A stretch of DNA of 64,000 bases from Candidatus Marinacidobacterium sp. (GTDB lineage Bacteria; Acidobacteriota; Vicinamibacteria; Marinacidobacterales; Marinacidobacteraceae), in NCBI GenBank assembly GCA_965204755.1, contig OZ242011.1:3424001-3488000 (forward strand). Direction: 5' to 3'. The first letter of the stretch is position 1. The number at the start of each line of letters is the position of its first letter. The notes below the pieces were generated by a model. That model did not search any database. It worked only from the letters and a program-made list of their open reading frames with translations, and was not told the origin of the DNA. Positions 26,508 through 36,886 of this stretch are shown here, piece after piece. The translations under genes and the position numbers were made by a program.

Positions 26508-27521
26508 TCAGCGCGCGCGGTCGAGCCAGTCGCGGAGGCGGGCGGCTTCGGCGGCGAGCGCGGGGTCGAGTTCGGCTTGGTACAGCCGGGAGCGGACGAC
26601 GAAGAGGGACAGGTCGTCCGGCGGCGCGTCGCCGCGGAGGATTTCGTCCACCCGGCGCAGGAAGAAGGCGCCCCAGTCCGGTCTCCGTCCGTCGAGGTCG
26701 GTGAAGCCGTACTCCTTCGCCAGCGCCCAACTCGAGAGGAGCGCGCCGCTCTTGTCGGCGGCTTCCGGGTCCGCGGCCAGCGCGGCGACGGCGCGTCCGA
26801 CGAAGCAGGGGGTTTCGGACTCGGCGAAGTAGGGATCCTTCTCCACGGCGTCCCGCCAGTTGGCTTCGGTGACGCCGAAAGAGTCGAGGACCGCCTCCGA
26901 CCGGAGGAAGCCGGGGGTGAGCGCCACCGCGGTCACGCCGTGTTCGCGGAGTTCGGCGGCCATCGCGTAGGCGAGCCGGATGACGGCGTTCTTGGCCGTG
27001 TCGTAGAAGAGGTTGCCGCGGTATCCGAGGGTGTCGCCGTCGGTCACTTCCACGATGAGGCCGGAGTTTCGTTCGACCAGCAGCGGCGCGCCGTACCGAC
27101 TGGTGACGAGGTGGCTCCCGACGGCGCGTTCGAGCATCTCGGCGCCCTTGGCCAGGGAGAGTTCCCAGAACGGCTTTCCCCACTCCGTGAGCGCGTCGCC
27201 GCCCCAGATGTCGTTGACCAGGACATCGAGTCGTCCCGCTTCGTCGCGGACGCGTAGGAACAGTTGCTCGACTTCCGATGCCACCGTGTGGTCGGCGCGG
27301 ACGGCGATCCCGCGTCCGCCCGCGGCGGTTACCGACTCCGCCGTCTCCTCGATGGTTTCCGGTCTCCCGGCGGTGGCGGGCCGTCCCCGCGCGCTTCGTC
27401 CGGTGCAATACACCGTGGCGCCCGCCTCCCCCAAACTGCGGGCGATCCCGCGTCCGGCCCCGCGGGTCGCCCCGGCCACGACCGCGACGCGGCCGGCGAG
27501 CGGCCGCGCGGCTGCCGTCAC
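26508..27521 (-). CDS. Short-chain dehydrogenase/reductase
   Basis: AGATRGAGRG, LDVLVND, YDTAK catalytic motif, LTPGFLRSE. Confidence 0.92.
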   Translation of the reverse strand: MTAAARPLAGRVAVVAGATRGAGRGIARSLGEAGATVYCTGRSARGRPATAGRPETIEETAESVTAAGGRGIAVRADHTVASEVEQLFLRVRDEAGRLDVLVNDIWGGDALTEWGKPFWELSLAKGAEMLERAVGSHLVTSRYGAPLLVERNSGLIVEVTDGDTLGYRGNLFYDTAKNAVIRLAYAMAAELREHGVTAVALTPGFLRSEAVLDSFGVTEANWRDAVEKDPYFAESETPCFVGRAVAALAADPEAADKSGALLSSWALAKEYGFTDLDGRRPDWGAFFLRRVDEILRGDAPPDDLSLFVVRSRLYQAELDPALAAEAARLRDWLDRAR

Positions 27522-27540
27522 TCCGGCAGGCCGCGCCGGG

Positions 27541-28470
27541 TCAGAAGGAGATCCGGAGCGTGAGGCTCGCGGCGAGGAGTCCCAGGTCGTCGGTTTCGAT
27601 CCAGAACCAGGCGGGGGCGCTGCCGTCCAGCCGGTTTTCCGAGGGGTGGCTGCGCAACTGGTCCCAACCGTCGGGCTCCTCCACCTCGAAACGGGCGAAC
27701 ACGGTCCGTCGGAGGCGGACGCCCAGGGTCGCCGAATCGTTGAGCGGGAGGTCGAGCCCGGCCAGCGCCTGCCAACCGAAGACGAAGTCCGTCAACTCGC
27801 CGTGGTAGGTCGTGGTGGTGGACGCCAGCGCGAGCCGGAAGTCCGCGTAGTTCGGGATGTCCAGGTCGGCGCCGGAGCGGATCTGCTCCGGATCGGGATT
27901 CCGCGCCCAGACCGAGCCGTAGTCCGCCTGCGTCCGCGCGCCGCCGGCGCCGACGCCGAAGTAGGCGGTGAGCCGGTCGCCGGCGGGGAAGTCGAAGAGG
28001 AGGTTCGCGAACGCGGCGCGGGTGTCCACATCGCCGAGGCGTTCCTCGGCCCGCACCAGTTCGCCGTCGAACTTGCCGAGGACTTCGCGGCTCACGCCGG
28101 TGGCCGGCGCGAAACGGTCGTAGCCGGAACTCGCGAAGAGGTACTCGGCCTCGATCCGCAGCCGGCCCAGCCGGTAGCCGACGACCGCGGAGCCGTCGGC
28201 GCCGCCGGCGGAACCGAAGGCGAGGAGCCACGCGCCGCCGTCCGGCGCGCGGCAAGCCTCGAGGCGGGCGAAGTGCGGGTTGAAGTACTCGTCGCAGAAA
28301 CTCGGGCCGTCGTTGCTCCGGCCGGCGACTTCGAGCGCGTTCGCCCGGTGGAAGCCGATGCCGCCCCCGAGGTACGGCTGCGCGACCGCCGGCGCGGCGG
28401 AGAGTCCGAGGACGAACCCGCCGAACAGCGCCGCCCGGAGCGGGAGTCCGCGGGGCCGTGTTCGGTTCAT
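27541..28470 (-). CDS. Outer-membrane beta-barrel protein (Opa/OmpA-like surface-antigen class)
   Basis: Signal peptide ending AVA-QPY, amphipathic strands VGYRLGRLRIEAEY, YFGVGAG, WQALAGL, C-terminal Phe; start reassigned to ATG 28470. Confidence 0.7.
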   Translation of the reverse strand: MNRTRPRGLPLRAALFGGFVLGLSAAPAVAQPYLGGGIGFHRANALEVAGRSNDGPSFCDEYFNPHFARLEACRAPDGGAWLLAFGSAGGADGSAVVGYRLGRLRIEAEYLFASSGYDRFAPATGVSREVLGKFDGELVRAEERLGDVDTRAAFANLLFDFPAGDRLTAYFGVGAGGARTQADYGSVWARNPDPEQIRSGADLDIPNYADFRLALASTTTTYHGELTDFVFGWQALAGLDLPLNDSATLGVRLRRTVFARFEVEEPDGWDQLRSHPSENRLDGSAPAWFWIETDDLGLLAASLTLRISF

Positions 28471-28614
28471 GTCGGCGCCCGCGTCCGGGTTAGCGGTCCG
28501 TGGAGAGTCCGGGGAGCGCCTGTCGGCGCGCCGCGCCGACCGGGGTGGGGCGCGGGGAGGTGTCCCCCTCCCCGCGAAAGACCGCGGAGGGAATCGCGAG
28601 GCGATTCGCGCCGC

Positions 28615-28709
28615 CTGCCGGTGGAGAGGGCGCCCCGCCGGGAGACCGAACGCGGACTTCCGGTCATCCGGTGGGGAGGGGGAGGGCGGGGCGCCTTTTC
28701 CACCGGCAG
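28615..28709 (+). repeat. 25-bp inverted repeat enclosing a 45-nt spacer (long hairpin)
   Basis: CTGCCGGTGGAGAGGGCGCCCCGCC (28615-28639) pairs with GGCGGGGCGCCTTTTCCACCGGCAG (28685-28709). Confidence 0.85.
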
Positions 28710-28713
28710 ACAA

Positions 28714-30126
28714 CTATTTCGGCCCGAAGACCCAAGTGGTGCCGATGGTGAAGGTGTCCTGCGAGAGGCCCACGCCGTCCTGGCAGGAGGCGCAACTGAA
28801 GAACGGGACATCGGACCAGTCCCGGCGGTGTTCGAGGCGCACCAGCAGCCTCGGGTCGTCGGCGACCGGCTGCGCTTCGAGGGTGATCGTGTTCTCCCGG
28901 AGCGTCTGCTCGACGCCGGTGGAGCGTCCCTGGCGGTCGCGCATGAACTCGAACCGCTGGGCGAGGCGGAGGTGGTCGCTGATGTGGACGCGGATGTAGG
29001 TGCCGATACCCCACGAAGTCGCGACATTCTCGAACGGGTCGGTGTTCGAGATGTAGTCCATGTTGGCCATGGCTTCCACCCGGTCGCTGATGCCCAGGTA
29101 GAAGTTCCAACTGATGTCGTTCAGCCAGCCGTCGTTCGTGCCTTCGTTCTCCGGGCCCTGGATCCAGGTGATCGTGGTGTTGAAGGTGTCGTGCGGCGCC
29201 CAGGAAGTCTGCGCGCCGAAGGACTTGCCGGAGTTCTGGTCGAAGGCGTTGTCGAAGCCGTTCACCAGCATCAGGGTTCCGGTGAGGGTGTCGCCGACCG
29301 GGAAACTCACCTTGGCGCCGAGGTGGGAGAACGGTTCGTTCCAGGCCCACAGCAGGCCGCGGGTGTAGTTCCAGTTCAGGTGCGACTCCGCGACTTCGAG
29401 GCCGGCGATGGTGCCGAAGAGGCCGACATCCATCTGGGCGCCGCCCTCGAACTGGTAGTAGCCGTAGGCCTGCTGCAGGTAGAGCACATCGGCCAGCGGG
29501 CCGGGCTCGAGTCCCTCCCGGAACAGGCGGGCGCCGGAGCCGAACCAGATGTCGGAGCGGAAGCCGATCGGGCCGTCGCCGCTCGCGTCGAGTTCCAACT
29601 TGACCTGGTTCAGGCCGAAACCGCGCGAGTTCGGGTTCGTGTAGTAGAGGGTGTTCGTGCCGTCGCCCGGGTCGTTGGCGTTCCGGGTGTAGTAGGTGTC
29701 CACCAGCCCGGTGAGCGTCAGGTTCTGGCCGCCGGTGGTCACCGTCCCGGAGGCGGCGTCGGCGTCGTCCTGCGCCGGCGCCGCGGGCGCGGACTCGGTG
29801 CCCGGCTCGTCGCGGGAGGCGAGTTCTTCTTCGAGGTCGGAGAGGCGGGCGCGGAGCGCCGTGATCTCCGCCCGGAGCCCGGCATCGACGGCCGGTTCCC
29901 CGGTCGCCTCCCCGGTCGCTTCCTCGACCCGTTTCTCGTCGGGTTCGTCGGCCGAAGCGGCGGGCCGTTCCCCGGCCGGATTCCCGACCGGGGACTGGCG
30001 GGTGCCCTCGGCGGGCCCGGCCGGGGCCTGGGCGAAGGCGTCGGCAAAGGCCGGGAGCGCCAGGGCGAACGCGACGGCCGCGGGGAGGGCGAGTCGGTTC
30101 GGGATGGGGTTCGGGTGGTTCTTCAT
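28714..30126 (-). CDS. Putative outer-membrane porin (beta-barrel porin-2-like) with N-terminal coiled coil
   Basis: Signal peptide, coiled coil LRAEITALRARLSDLEEEL, then GLVDTYY, LQQAY, GLEVAESHLNWNYTRG, PFSHLG, VNGFD. Confidence 0.75.
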   Translation of the reverse strand: MKNHPNPIPNRLALPAAVAFALALPAFADAFAQAPAGPAEGTRQSPVGNPAGERPAASADEPDEKRVEEATGEATGEPAVDAGLRAEITALRARLSDLEEELASRDEPGTESAPAAPAQDDADAASGTVTTGGQNLTLTGLVDTYYTRNANDPGDGTNTLYYTNPNSRGFGLNQVKLELDASGDGPIGFRSDIWFGSGARLFREGLEPGPLADVLYLQQAYGYYQFEGGAQMDVGLFGTIAGLEVAESHLNWNYTRGLLWAWNEPFSHLGAKVSFPVGDTLTGTLMLVNGFDNAFDQNSGKSFGAQTSWAPHDTFNTTITWIQGPENEGTNDGWLNDISWNFYLGISDRVEAMANMDYISNTDPFENVATSWGIGTYIRVHISDHLRLAQRFEFMRDRQGRSTGVEQTLRENTITLEAQPVADDPRLLVRLEHRRDWSDVPFFSCASCQDGVGLSQDTFTIGTTWVFGPK

Positions 30127-30281
30127 GCGGGAGCGTCCTTACACGCGGGGAAGTCTCCGGACTCGCGGGACGCCGACCGATGGGGTTCGGGCCCCGCTCC
30201 GGGGAATCCGTCTATTCCGAAAGGGGTGGCCGCCGACAGCGCGGCCGGGGCGCGGAGCCCCCGAGCGTCGGCGAACCGGGA

Positions 30282-30287
30282 ATTCTA
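30282..30287 (-). promoter_or_regulatory. Putative -10 box (TAGAAT) for the porin gene, giving a ~150-nt leader
   Basis: TAGAAT upstream of a structured leader and a TAAGGA Shine-Dalgarno-like sequence. Confidence 0.5.
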
Positions 30288-30314
30288 AGGCTTCCGGCCC
30301 TTCGGGGCGCCCGG

Positions 30315-31304
30315 TCACCCGGCGTTGCGGAGGGCGTAGCGGGCGACCTCCTCGTGGGTGGCGAACCAGACGCCGCCGGCGGCCTCCATGTGCTCGATCA
30401 GCCGCTCCAGCATGGCGACCCGCGACCGGTGGCCGATGACATGGGGGTGCATCGTCAGGAGGAACATGCCTCCTTCGGCATGGGCCATGTCGAATTCCGC
30501 CTTCCAGATCGAGAGCACATCGTCCGGCGTGCTGTGCGGCCTCACGGACCCGTAGCGGCTGAAGCCGAAGTAGGGGGCGTCGTCCAGGATCCACTCCACC
30601 GGCAGTTCCACCACGCCGGTCGGCTCCCCGTTCGCCACCACCTCGTAGGGCCAGTCGTCCGCCATCAGGCTGGAGTCGTAGAGGAATCCCAGGTCCCGGA
30701 TGATGTCCAGGGTGTTCGGGCTGTAGTCCCACGACGGTGTGCGGAGCCCCACCGGGCGGCGGCCGGTCAGGTCGGTGAGGGTGTCCACCGCCTGCTCGAT
30801 GAGGCGGCGCTCCTCGTCGGCGGGGAGCAGCGAGTTCCGCTCGTGGATCCAGCCGTGGACCCCGACTTCGTGCCCGGCGTCCACGATCCGGTCCACATCG
30901 TCCCGGTAGATCAGCGCGCTGACCGCCGGGATGAAGAACGAGGCGCGGATGCCCCGGCGCTCGAGCAGGTCGAGGACCCGGGGAAGCCCGGCGCGCGAGC
31001 CGTACTGGCCGCGGGAGAGGTTCGAGGCGGTGGTGTTGTTGTCCCGGAGCGAGACGGTCTCGTTGTCGAAGTCGAACGAGAGCGCGACGGCGACCCGGGC
31101 GCCCCCGGGCCAGGAGGAGGGGGCGAGCCGGCGGCCGGCGCGGACGGCCTCGATGGGCGCCCGCCACTCCTCTTCGGTCCACTGCCAGGGGGGTTTTTCT
31201 TCCGGCTCTTCCGGCGGCGGATCGTCCGGCGGGAAGCAGGCGGCGACGAGCGCGAGCAGCGGCGCGAGCAGCGGAAGGATCGGGAGCGGGAGGGTCCGGC
31301 GCAT
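30315..31304 (-). CDS. Polysaccharide deacetylase family lipoprotein
   Basis: Lipobox-like LVAAC, SFDFD, HEVGVHGWIHE, RTP, YDSS, TMHP. Confidence 0.88.
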   Translation of the reverse strand: MRRTLPLPILPLLAPLLALVAACFPPDDPPPEEPEEKPPWQWTEEEWRAPIEAVRAGRRLAPSSWPGGARVAVALSFDFDNETVSLRDNNTTASNLSRGQYGSRAGLPRVLDLLERRGIRASFFIPAVSALIYRDDVDRIVDAGHEVGVHGWIHERNSLLPADEERRLIEQAVDTLTDLTGRRPVGLRTPSWDYSPNTLDIIRDLGFLYDSSLMADDWPYEVVANGEPTGVVELPVEWILDDAPYFGFSRYGSVRPHSTPDDVLSIWKAEFDMAHAEGGMFLLTMHPHVIGHRSRVAMLERLIEHMEAAGGVWFATHEEVARYALRNAG

Positions 31305-31374
31305 GGTCGGCCAATACTACGGGGACGGGCGGAAAACACGGGAAAACCGCCGCCCGACGGCTAGAATCGCCCGC

Positions 31375-32040
31375 TTGACCGCTTCCCCGGACCCCGCCGC
31401 GCTGAGCGTGGAACTCGCCTCGGTGCCTCCTTCCGGCGCTCCGGTCGCGGTGTGCGCGGATGCGGAGCGGCTCGGCCTCTCCGGTCGGGAGGGGAACGCG
31501 CGGAACGGGAATGCGCGCGGGGACGACTTCGAACTCGTGGGGTCGGTGAGGCTCGACGGGCGGCTCGAACGGCTGTCGGGCGAGGGTTTCCGGCTGCGCG
31601 GGCATCTCGGCGGCTCGGCCCGGCTCGACTGCGTGCGCTGTCTCGACCCGGTGGAGATCCCGCTCGCCGAAGCGCTCGACCTGGTCTATCTGCCGGGCGC
31701 TTCGACGGTTTCCGACCGGGAACCCGGCGGCGCCCCGGCGACCGGCGCCTCGGCGCCGGCCGGCGGGGAGGCGGCGCTCGACGCCGAAGACCTCAATGTG
31801 TCGTTCTACGCGAGCGACCGGCTGGAACTGGCGGAGACGCTGCGGGAGCAGGTCCACCTGGCGCTCCCGGTGAAGCCGCTCTGCTCGCCCTCCTGCCGGG
31901 GGCTCTGCGCTTCCTGCGGCGCGAACCGGAATTCCGGCGCGGAGTGCGGGTGCGCCGACGCTCCTTCGCCCCGGGGTTCGACCGGGCTCGCCGCCCTCCG
32001 CGACCTTCCCGGGCTCGCCGGCCGTCCGGCCGCGCGGTAG
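31375..32040 (+). CDS. yceD: DUF177/YceD family protein
   Basis: CVRCL, REQVHLALPVKPLCSPSCRGLCASCG; directly upstream of rpmF; start uncertain (TTG 31375 or GTG 31408). Confidence 0.88.
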   Translation: MTASPDPAALSVELASVPPSGAPVAVCADAERLGLSGREGNARNGNARGDDFELVGSVRLDGRLERLSGEGFRLRGHLGGSARLDCVRCLDPVEIPLAEALDLVYLPGASTVSDREPGGAPATGASAPAGGEAALDAEDLNVSFYASDRLELAETLREQVHLALPVKPLCSPSCRGLCASCGANRNSGAECGCADAPSPRGSTGLAALRDLPGLAGRPAAR

Positions 32041-32103
32041 CGGCCCGCCTGCTTTTCGCCCGCCTGTTTCGACCGCCACCCCCTTCCCGAGGAACACCCT
32101 TCC

Positions 32104-32289
32104 ATGCCCCAACCCAAAAGACGCCACACCCCGCGCCGGCGCGGCAATCGGCGGGCGCACGACGCCCTCGCCGTCCCCGCGCTCACCATCTGCCGGAACT
32201 GCCAGGAGCGGATCCGTCCCCATGTGGTCTGCCCGCACTGCGGCCACTACCGCGGCGAGAAGGTGATCGAAGCGGACCGGGGCGTTTGA
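32104..32289 (+). CDS. rpmF: 50S ribosomal protein L32 (zinc-binding form)
   Basis: MPQPKRRH...RRAH...CRNC...PHVVCPHCGHY. Confidence 0.97.
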   Translation: MPQPKRRHTPRRRGNRRAHDALAVPALTICRNCQERIRPHVVCPHCGHYRGEKVIEADRGV

Positions 32290-32359
32290 TCCCGGTATTC
32301 GAGACGGGAGCGGGCCGGGCGCGGCGCCGCTCCCTCCCGGCGGGCGGCGGAGGGCGCCG

Positions 32360-33316
32360 GTGAGCGGCGCCGCCCTCCTGTTCCCCGGACAGGGCTCCCA
32401 GCATCCGGGCATGGGGAAGGGCCTCCACGACGCCTGCCCCGCGGCCCGCGCGGTCTTCGAAGAGGCCGACGAAGCGCTCGGCGAGCCGCTCTCGCGCCTG
32501 TGCTTCGAAGGCCCCGAAGACGCCCTGCGGCTGACCGCGAACACCCAGCCGGCGCTGCTGACGGTGAGCGTGGCCGCGTTCCGGGCGCTCGAAGCCCGGC
32601 GCGGCGCGGACTTCCGGTTCGACTTCGACTTCCTCGCCGGGCACAGCCTCGGGGAGTACTCGGCGCTGGTCGCCGGGGGTGCGCTCCGCTTCCGGGACGC
32701 CGCGCGGCTCACCCGGCGGCGCGGCGAGGCGATGCAGCGGGCGGTTCCCGCCGGCGAAGGGGCGATGGCGGCGGTCCTCGGCCTTCCCGCGGAGGCGGTG
32801 GGCGAAGTCTGCGCCCGCGTCGCTTCGGAGACCGGACAGGTCGTCGAACCGGCGAACTTCAACGGCGGCGGGCAGGTGGTCGTCGGGGGCCGCCGGGAGG
32901 CGGTCGCGGCGGCGGAAGCGGCTCTCCGGGAAGCGGGCGCCCGGCGGGTCGTGCCGCTCCCGGTGAGCGCCCCGTTCCACACCCGCCTGATGGCGCCGGC
33001 CGCGGAGGAGTTGCGTCCGCTGCTGGAGGAGACCGAGTTCTCCGACCTCTCGGTCCCCCTGTGGACGAACGCCGACGCCCGCCCGATCCGGAGCGGGGCC
33101 GAGGCGCGGGCGGCGCTCCTGCGGCAGGTCGCCTCCCCGGTGCGCTGGGAGGAATCGCTCCTGGGGATGGCGGAGGCGGGCGCCTCCCGGTTCGTCGAAG
33201 TGGGCGCCGGACGGGTGCTGGCCGGGCTCGCCCGGAAGGTGGCGCGCGGGGCGGAGGCGGTCTCGGTCGGCGACCCGGAGGCGCTCGAGGCCTTCGCCGG
33301 GAGGCCGGCGGCGTGA
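32360..33316 (+). CDS. fabD: Malonyl-CoA:ACP transacylase
   Basis: FPGQGSQ, TQPAL, GHSLGEY, SAPFH, PVRW. Confidence 0.96.
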   Translation: MSGAALLFPGQGSQHPGMGKGLHDACPAARAVFEEADEALGEPLSRLCFEGPEDALRLTANTQPALLTVSVAAFRALEARRGADFRFDFDFLAGHSLGEYSALVAGGALRFRDAARLTRRRGEAMQRAVPAGEGAMAAVLGLPAEAVGEVCARVASETGQVVEPANFNGGGQVVVGGRREAVAAAEAALREAGARRVVPLPVSAPFHTRLMAPAAEELRPLLEETEFSDLSVPLWTNADARPIRSGAEARAALLRQVASPVRWEESLLGMAEAGASRFVEVGAGRVLAGLARKVARGAEAVSVGDPEALEAFAGRPAA

Positions 33317-34056
33317 CCCGGTTCGAGGAGCGGACCGCGCTGGTCACCGGCGGGACGCGGGGGATCGGGCGCGCCGTCGCCGCCCGGCTCGCCGACGAGG
33401 GCGCCCGGGTCTTCCTCACCGGGACCGACGCCGCCCGAGCGGAGGCCGCGGCCGGCGAGTTGGACGCCTACCGGGGCCGGGTGACCGGGCTCCCGCTCGA
33501 CCTCGCCGACCCGGGCTCGGTGGAGGCGGTCTTCGCCGAGGTGCTCCGCGCCGCCGGCGGGCTCCACATCCTGGTGAACAACGCCGGAATCACCCGCGAC
33601 GGCCTGCTGCCCCGGCTCTCCGCCGAGGACTGGGGCGCGGTGATGCGGGTGAACCTGGACGGGCTCTACGCCTGCTGCCGGGCCGCCGCGCGCCCCATGA
33701 TCCGCGGCCGCTACGGGCGGATCGTGAACCTGAGTTCGGTGGTCGGGCTGCGCGGGAACGCCGGGCAGACCGCCTACGCCGCCTCCAAGGCCGGCATCGT
33801 CGGGTTCACCAAGTCGCTCGCCAAGGAGTTGGCGCGCCGGGAGATCACCGTGAACGCGGTGGCGCCGGGACTCGTCGAAACGGACATGACCCGCGGCCTC
33901 GGGGGCGCCTCGCGGGAGAAGTTGTCCGCCGCGGTGGCGATGGCGCGCGCCGGATCCCCGGAGGAAGTGGCGGCCGCGGTCGCCTTCCTCGCCTCCGCCG
34001 AGGCGAGTTACATCACCGGCGCCGTGTTGGAGGTCAGCGGAGGGCTGGCCCTGTGA
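33313..34056 (+). CDS. fabG: 3-oxoacyl-ACP reductase
   Basis: TGGTRGIG, NNAGITRD, GNAGQTAYAASK, VAPG; GTG start overlaps the fabD stop. Confidence 0.95.
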   Translation: MTRFEERTALVTGGTRGIGRAVAARLADEGARVFLTGTDAARAEAAAGELDAYRGRVTGLPLDLADPGSVEAVFAEVLRAAGGLHILVNNAGITRDGLLPRLSAEDWGAVMRVNLDGLYACCRAAARPMIRGRYGRIVNLSSVVGLRGNAGQTAYAASKAGIVGFTKSLAKELARREITVNAVAPGLVETDMTRGLGGASREKLSAAVAMARAGSPEEVAAAVAFLASAEASYITGAVLEVSGGLAL

Positions 34057-34216
34057 AGCCGGAGAACATTTATCGTTCCCCGGCGATTCGAACGGGGGGC
34101 GGGCGCGGGCCGCGAGCGTCCGCCGCCGCCCGTTCGCCCTCGCATCCATCCCCGCCGGCGCCGGCCCCCGACCGGGGCGGCCGTCCGCCGGAACCGAACC
34201 CAGGAGGCTCCTCCCC

Positions 34217-34495
34217 ATGACCGACAAGCAACCCGAGAACGCGCCCGAAGCCGAAGAACTCCCGATCGAGGAGCGGGTGCGGGAACTCATCTGCGAGAAC
34301 CTGTCCGTGGCCCCGGACGAAGTGACCCCCCAGGCGACCTTCGTCGGCGACATGAACGCCGACTCCCTGGACATGGTGGAGTTGGTCATGGCGCTCGAAG
34401 AGGCGTTCGGCATCTCCATCTCCGAGGACGAGGCCGAGCGCATCCAGACCGTCGCCGACGCCGTGTCCTTCATCGAGGCGCGCGCCGGCAACTGA
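34217..34495 (+). CDS. acpP: Acyl carrier protein
   Basis: ADSLDMVELVMALEEAF phosphopantetheine motif; AGGAGG upstream. Confidence 0.96.
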   Translation: MTDKQPENAPEAEELPIEERVRELICENLSVAPDEVTPQATFVGDMNADSLDMVELVMALEEAFGISISEDEAERIQTVADAVSFIEARAGN

Positions 34496-34559
34496 GAGCC
34501 CTCCGCCCCGCGAGCCGCCCGACCCCCCTCCCCGAGACTCCCGAGCCGGAGGCAGGCAA

Positions 34560-35804
<1,245 letters not shown>

Positions 35805-35843
35805 GCGGCCGCGCGGCGGCGGGGAAGACTCGAGGAAGACCCC

Positions 35844-36863
35844 ATGGACGACCTGTTTCGCTACCTGCGCGAGTTGGTGGACATCCCGTCGGTCACCGGC
35901 GGCGAAGGGGCGGTCGCCGAGCGCGTCCGGGCCGATCTCGAGCGGGAGGGCTACCGGACGGAGTTCGTCGAAGCGGCGCCCGGCCGGCCGAACCTGCTCG
36001 CGCGGGCCGGGGCGGGGGATCCGGCGGTGTGGTTCTGCACCCACCTGGACACGGTGCCGCCGTTCTTCCCGTCGAACGAGACGGAAACCCACATCGGGGG
36101 GCGGGGTTCCTGCGACGCGAAGGGGATCCTGGCGGCGATGGTGTTCGCCGGACGGCGCCTCCGGGCCGACGGAGCGGAGCGGTTCGGCTTCGCGTTCACC
36201 GTGGGGGAAGAGGTGGACAGCGACGGCGCCCGGCGGCTCGAAGAGCGCGGGCCGGACGGCCCGGCCGACCTCGAGCGGACGCTGATCTGCGGGGAGCCCA
36301 CCGTGGGCGTCCTGGCGTCGGGGCACAAGGGGACGCTGCGGGTGGCGCTGCGGGTTCGCGGGGAGGCGGCGCACTCCGCCTACCCCGACCAGGGGGATTC
36401 GGCGGTGCACCGGCTGCTCGCCCGGATCGCCCGCATCCGGGAGGAGGACTGGGGATCCGACCCGCGGCTCGGCGAGGCCACGGTGAATGTCGGGGTGATC
36501 TCCGGCGGGGTCGCGGGGAATGTGCTCGCGCCCTCGGCGGAGGCGACGATCTACTTCCGGCTGGTGGGCGAGGCCGCCGCCGCTCGTCGGCGGTTCGCCG
36601 CGATCGTCGCCGAAGACCCGGCGTGCAGTTGGGAGGAGATCGGCGCGAACGACGCGGTGTTCTGCCGGGAGATGCCCGGCCGGGAGACCGCGCCGGTGGC
36701 CTACTCGACGGACATCCCGTTCCTGCCTTCCTGGGGCGCGCCCCTGCTCATCGGCCCCGGCAGCATCCACGACGCGCACACCGCCCACGAACGGGTCGCG
36801 AAGAGCCAGTTGACGGACGCGGTGGACTACTACCACCGGCTCGCGTCGGACCTGCTCGCCTGA
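35844..36863 (+). CDS. M20 family metallopeptidase/deacylase (ArgE/DapE-like)
   Basis: HLDTVP, GRGSCDAKG, GEE, GEPT, AH, AHT motifs. Confidence 0.9.
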   Translation: MDDLFRYLRELVDIPSVTGGEGAVAERVRADLEREGYRTEFVEAAPGRPNLLARAGAGDPAVWFCTHLDTVPPFFPSNETETHIGGRGSCDAKGILAAMVFAGRRLRADGAERFGFAFTVGEEVDSDGARRLEERGPDGPADLERTLICGEPTVGVLASGHKGTLRVALRVRGEAAHSAYPDQGDSAVHRLLARIARIREEDWGSDPRLGEATVNVGVISGGVAGNVLAPSAEATIYFRLVGEAAAARRRFAAIVAEDPACSWEEIGANDAVFCREMPGRETAPVAYSTDIPFLPSWGAPLLIGPGSIHDAHTAHERVAKSQLTDAVDYYHRLASDLLA

Positions 36864-36886
36864 GCGGGCGCCGCCCTTCCGCCGGG

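Noticed and set aside
121-34491. Very long alternative-frame ORFs in the track (for example 121..2166, 21865..26193, 27013..30288, 30139..34491)
   Set aside because: They are shadow ORFs caused by high GC content; they are Arg/Pro/Gly-rich, lack motifs and overlap clearly recognisable genes.
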